Below are positions 61,392-64,000 of a DNA stretch of 64,000 nucleotides, piece after piece. A program made the position numbers and the translations under genes. This stretch comes from an uncultured Actinomycetes bacterium (lineage in GTDB: Bacteria; Actinomycetota; Acidimicrobiia; Spongiisociales; DATADW01), in the NCBI GenBank assembly GCA_963824995.1, contig CAWGRK010000006.1, positions 194,273 to 258,272 of the forward strand, given 5' to 3'. The notes beneath the pieces are model-generated. The model made no database searches, had not been told where the DNA came from, and was given only the letters and a program-made list of their open reading frames with translations. The stretch's first letter is position 1, and every line of letters begins with the position of its first letter.

Positions 61392-62611
61392 GATGATGTG
61401 ACCCACTCGTCCAGGTCGTCCACGTCCACCAGTTGCTGCTCGCCGCTGCCGAGATCCCGCACGACCACCTTGTCTGCCGCCCACTCCTCGCCAACCACGG
61501 CGGCATAACGGGCGCGGTTCCCGGCGCGGCGGAACTGCGCCTTCACCGACCCCGGTTCGAGGTCGAGATCGGCGGAGACTCCGGTTCTTCGGAGCCGGCC
61601 GACAAGCCGCACGGCCTCTGGCTGCAGCGCCGGGTCGGCGAGGATCACAAACACGTCGAGAGGCAGCGATTCCTCCGACCCAAGGGCGAGGACGATCCGG
61701 TCGATCCCCATGGCCAGCCCCACACTCGGCGTGGGACGTCCACCGAGAACCTCGGCCAGCCCGTCGTACCGCCCGCCGCCGCCCAACGACGCCTGGGCCG
61801 CCTCGTAACCCGCGACCACGTACTCGAAGGCTGTCCTCGTGTAGTAGTCGAGACCCCTCACCAGACCCGGGGTGGCGCGGTGCTCGATCCCCACCGAATC
61901 GAGCGCCTCGATCACCTCGCGATGGTGAACGGCGGCGGCGTCGGACACGAATGCGTCCGGGGTGGGCGCACCCGCCACCACGTCGGCATCTTCTTTCGAG
62001 TCGAGTACCCGCATCGGGTTGGTGTCGATACGTCGCCGCGAGTCCTCACTGAGTTCGGCACTGCGCTGGCGGAGCCATGTCCGAAGTGTCTCCAGGTAGG
62101 CGGGGCGGTCTTCGGGGTCGCCCAGGGTGTTGATCAGGACGGTGATCGGGCCCAGACCTATCTCCTCGAGAAAGCGGTAGCCGACCTCGATCACCTCGGC
62201 GTCGGCCCAAGGAGAGACGATGTCGAGGTACTCGACCCCGGTTTGCCAGAACTGGCGACGACGGCCCGCCTGTGGCTGCTCGTAGCGGAACATCGGCCCC
62301 GAATAGGAGAGCTTCATGGCGCCCGGGCTGCCCGCTTGGATGTATGCCCTCACGATCCCCGCGGTTCCCTCGGGACGGAGGGTGAGCGACCGCCCCCCAC
62401 GGTCGTCGAAGGTGTACATCTGCTTGGAGACCACCTCGGTGCTCTCCCCTACCCCTCGCGCGAACACCTCGGTCGATTCGAACAGAGGCACCATCGCCGG
62501 CTCATAGCCGTACCGGGCGACGACGTCGTCCCAGATCCGGAGCACGCGGCCCCACGCCCGCGAGGCAGGAGGAAGGATGTCGTCGGTCCCCTTGGGGCCA
62601 CGGAGCGTCAT
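61388..62611 (-). CDS. hisS: Histidine--tRNA ligase
   Basis: PKGTDD, LRPEGTAG, FRYEQPQAGR, LVRGLDYY, GGGRYDGL. Confidence 0.97.
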   Translation of the reverse strand: MTLRGPKGTDDILPPASRAWGRVLRIWDDVVARYGYEPAMVPLFESTEVFARGVGESTEVVSKQMYTFDDRGGRSLTLRPEGTAGIVRAYIQAGSPGAMKLSYSGPMFRYEQPQAGRRRQFWQTGVEYLDIVSPWADAEVIEVGYRFLEEIGLGPITVLINTLGDPEDRPAYLETLRTWLRQRSAELSEDSRRRIDTNPMRVLDSKEDADVVAGAPTPDAFVSDAAAVHHREVIEALDSVGIEHRATPGLVRGLDYYTRTAFEYVVAGYEAAQASLGGGGRYDGLAEVLGGRPTPSVGLAMGIDRIVLALGSEESLPLDVFVILADPALQPEAVRLVGRLRRTGVSADLDLEPGSVKAQFRRAGNRARYAAVVGEEWAADKVVVRDLGSGEQQLVDVDDLDEWVTSS

Positions 62612-62679
62612 GGGCTGCGGAGGGTAGTGAGGAGCGCGAAGCCGGTCGGCAGACGGCAGACGGAAGGAGGCTGTCGGTC

Positions 62680-63400
62680 CGCCTACTCGCCACTCGTGGC
62701 GGAAAGGATTGGTCCGTCGCTCCCAGCCGATCGTGGCTGTTTCCGGGCCGTGGCCGGGAGGAACACGGAAGGTCGTCGGGGAGGTGAGGACCCATTCCCG
62801 CATGCTGGCCACCACTGGCCGAGGTCGCCGCCGGGCAGGTCGGTGCGCCGATGCTCCCGGCGAGAGAGCTGATCACCAGAGAACAGGGCTTGCCTTCATC
62901 ATCGAGCAGGAAGCAGCAGTGGCCGGGGGTGCTGACCGGGCGTCGTCGCCTCGATGTCCACCCGGACGATGACTTCGATGACCCTGACCCCGAGACCCAG
63001 TTACGCGGCCTCGTTGGCATCGGCCGAGGGCGACATCCTGGTCGGAGACCATCCACGACATACCCCGCAACTGACGGTCAGAGTCGAGAGTCGGAGTCGT
63101 CATGGGATGGATGTAGGCGACGGCACCCGTCGATGGACATACGCCCGGCCACTGCTGCTTTCGATCGTCGCCGAGGAGGGCACGCTCGTCACGGGTGACC
63201 AGCTTCGTCGCCGCGCAAGCATCGGTGAACCGACGCTCCCGGGGGGCAACTACGGACAGCTGGTGACGAGCCACAAGGAGCAGGTGCCCGCCTCTCCCCG
63301 ACGACACCCACGTGTTGGTCGCCGGCCAGCCACACGGAGTCGACTATCGGCGTGGGAGCGCACGCACCCAGACGCCCTCCAGCGTCACGCACTGGGTTGC
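62680..63400. other. MBL-fold metallo-hydrolase locus, scrambled; motifs present on both strands
   Basis: TPGHCCF, G(D)..F.GSIG..D.PG, PGHGPET.IGWER and AYIHPDD fragments occur in both orientations; position between relA and hisS is typical of this gene. Confidence 0.65.
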
Positions 63401-63458
63401 TTCTGGCTGCGTCCGCCGTCCGCCGTCCGCCGTCTGGGGCGGATGCCGTCTCGGAAGC

Positions 63459-64000
63459 TCAGTCCGTCCCGCCCGCTCTGGGGACCAGGCGGTAGGCGTC
63501 GTAGGCGCCCTCGACCCGGCGCAGTTCGTTGAGCAGCCGTGGAACCTGACCGGGGTCTGAAAGCTCTATCTCGTAGCGGAGCACGGCTACCCGGTCACGA
63601 CCGGTTGCGGAGGAGGAGGCGACGATGTTGCCGCCCTGGTCGGAGATGGCCGAGGTGACGTCGCGCAGCAGCCGGGTTCGGTCGAGTGCCTCCACCTGCA
63701 CCCAGATGGTGAAGGAGCCGACCCGGTCGGGCGCCCAGGACACATCGATCATCCGCTCCCGATGGGCTCCCATCGCCGCGATGTTGGTGCAGTCGGAGCG
63801 GTGTACCGACACCCCTCTCCCCACCGTCACGAAGCCCACGATGTCATCGCCCGGCACGGGGGCGCAGCAACGGGCGACCCGCACCCACATCCCCTCGTAG
63901 CCCTCGACGACGATTCCAGCGCCGCTCGGGGCGGCCCGGCGGCTGGTCGGTGTCTCGGGCAGCGCTTCGTCGCCCTCCTCCTGGGGACGCACGCTGCGGA
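63459..64000 (-). CDS. relA: (p)ppGpp synthetase/hydrolase Rel, C-terminal part (5' partial)
   Basis: ARCCAPVPGDDIVGFVTVGRGVSVHRSDCTN and ACT domain EALDRTRLLRDVT. Confidence 0.93.
   Translation of the reverse strand, partial: RSVRPQEEGDEALPETPTSRRAAPSGAGIVVEGYEGMWVRVARCCAPVPGDDIVGFVTVGRGVSVHRSDCTNIAAMGAHRERMIDVSWAPDRVGSFTIWVQVEALDRTRLLRDVTSAISDQGGNIVASSSATGRDRVAVLRYEIELSDPGQVPRLLNELRRVEGAYDAYRLVPRAGGTD

Overview
GC-rich bacterial chromosome segment, most likely from an Acidimicrobiia-like actinobacterium (judged from mihF, the pyrR-pyrB-pyrC-carAB-pyrD-pyrF-mihF-gmk-rpoZ-coaBC-metK-priA-def-fmt-rpe-rib gene order and the rRNA sequences). It is mostly minus-strand housekeeping genes, from a partial relA through hisS, aspS, alaS, aro, efp-nusB, pyr/car, rib, infC-rpmI-rplT, pheST, mpg and tyrS. 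These are followed by a complete 16S-23S-5S operon and, at the left end, a peptide ABC transporter/P1 peptidase/aminotransferase cluster. Many essential genes carry single-base indels, so the assembly is probably an imperfectly polished long-read one and odd features need read-level checks. Main points of interest: (1) two tandem group I introns at 23S positions L1923 and L1931 (E. coli numbering), each with a degraded LAGLIDADG endonuclease overlapping the ribozyme core; the first is truncated and fused to the micro-exon, and the second appears to end in A rather than G. (2) An uncharacterised gene pair: a membrane-anchored Cys/His protein with ADP-ribosyltransferase-like motif spacing, coupled to a 69-aa Pro/Glu peptide. 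(3) An approximately 800-bp quasi-palindromic MBL-hydrolase locus that looks like both orientations of one gene superimposed. (4) Several families of intergenic palindromes and heptamer arrays. (5) An IF3 with an AUC start and a PTDxx repeat tail. No CRISPR array, tRNA or transposase was seen.
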